From positions 1 to 47,279 of the forward strand of contig CAZXMK010000001.1 in NCBI GenBank assembly GCA_964641935.1: a stretch of DNA of 47,279 bases. Reading direction: 5' to 3'. This DNA is from an uncultured Syntrophaceae bacterium (GTDB taxonomy: Bacteria; Desulfobacterota; Syntrophia; Syntrophales; PHBD01). The notes below the pieces were generated by a model, which worked only from the letters and a program-made list of their open reading frames with translations, did not search any database and was not told the DNA's origin. This document shows, in pieces, positions 46,429 to 47,279 of this stretch (positions are counted from its first letter, which is position 1; every line of letters begins with the position of its first letter). The translations under genes were made by a program, and so were the position numbers.

Positions 46429-47279
46429 ATGGGTGTTCGTCCTTCCAAGGACACTCACCCTGACGGACGGCTCATGAACGAGGAGGTTCGCGAGTTTGTC
46501 GAGGGATGCGACTGCGTCATCGAAATCGGCGCGCTCATGACGGACCTGAGTTCCGGGGGCTTCACCGCAAGGATCGACCCCGCAAAGAGCATCAACATCA
46601 TGCTCCATCATGTACGGGTGGGGTATGCCGTCTACAACAACGTGGAAATCCGGGATGTGCTGACGGCGCTGGCGGGAAGGATCCCCCGGCGTACGGACGT
46701 GAAAGCCCCGCGGGTCCAGAGTCTCGGCGAGCCGGAAGGCAGCCCGGCCGGCAAAATCACCTCGTCCTTCCTGTACCCGCGACTGGAACGGATGTTGAAA
46801 CCGGGAGACATCGTGATGGTCGAGACGGGCACCGCGTCCATGGGGTTCGCTTTCGCCCGGATGCCCGCGGGCTCGACGTTTCACAATCAGTCTCTGTGGG
46901 GTTCCATCGGCTGGGCCACGCCGGCCGCCTTCGGCGCGGCTCTGGCCGACCCGGGCCGGAGAATCATACTGGTTACCGGGGAAGGCTCCCACCAGCTCAC
47001 GGCCCGGGAGATCTGCAGGTTCCATCGGTACGGACTGAAGCCGATCATATTCGTAATCAACAATAACGGATACCTGATCGAGCGCATCCTCTGCAAGGAC
47101 TCCGGCATATACTACAACGACCTGGCGCCGTGGCGTTACCACAAGCTGCCCGAGGCACTGGGATGCGAAGGCTGGTTTTCCACCCGCGCGGCCACATGCG
47201 GCGAGCTCGACGATGCCGTAAGAAAGGCGGAGGGATGCGGCATCGGGGCCTACATCGAGGTCGTAACGGACACGTACGA
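46429..47279 (+). pseudogene. TPP-dependent 2-oxoacid decarboxylase (indolepyruvate/phenylpyruvate/pyruvate decarboxylase family). Only the distal middle domain and the PP domain are present, so it looks 5'-truncated. It runs off the window end.
   Basis: Frame 1 is open from 46327 to the window end, so it is absent from the track. My translation gives ...MGVRPSKDTHP...VREFVEGCDCVIEIGALMTDLSSGGFTA...LWGSIGWATPAAFGAALA...ILVTGEGSHQLTAREI...IIFVINNNGYLIERIL... No PYR domain (about 250 aa) can fit between the def stop (46083) and this frame. An in-frame TAA lies at 46324. Confidence 0.55.

Noticed and set aside
1-47279. CRISPR arrays, IS elements or transposases, integrases, prophage genes, toxin-antitoxin pairs or known defence systems.
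   Set aside because: I saw no spaced direct-repeat arrays, no terminal inverted repeats and no ORF with transposase, integrase or defence motifs. Composition is uniform apart from short AT-rich promoter gaps (8870-9180 and 20977-21135).

Overview
This 47.3 kb, roughly 58% GC window reads as ordinary chromosome from an anaerobic Deltaproteobacteria/Desulfobacterota-like organism. That placement is an inference from gene content only. I found no CRISPR array, transposase, integrase or phage genes. About 29 kb is one co-directional minus-strand housekeeping block: hemN-like, selA, rluD, pgeF | rho | rpmE | prfA, prmC, murA, hisD | tRNA-Gly, rimP, nusA, infB, DUF503, rbfA, nrnA, truB, rpsO, pnp, M16 peptidase, dut, DUF39 | ftsB, pilMNOPQ. 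A second minus-strand block at the left end carries pepP, gcvH, a lipoate ligase, hisC, rpsU, LOG, holA, hbd and an acyl-CoA ligase fragment. The main plus-strand island (9.2-15.6 kb) is the most interesting part. A sequence that closely matches a class I c-di-GMP (GEMM-I) riboswitch aptamer sits in the 5' leader of an operon. That operon encodes a DsbC-like periplasmic disulfide isomerase, four minor pilins (FimT/GspH-, PilV-, PilW- and PilX-like) and a 1046-aa cysteine-rich vWA-PilY1 tip adhesin. It converges on the pilMNOPQ genes. Lesser observations: a tRNA plus terminator leader ahead of rimP-nusA-infB, pseudoknot-capable pairing in the pnp leader, and a 5'-truncated TPP-dependent decarboxylase remnant at the right edge. 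There are also stand-alone DUF39 and selA genes and a few short repeats. Many long ORFs in the track are antisense shadows of real genes in GC-rich DNA and were rejected. All family calls come from motif recognition by eye; no database search was possible.
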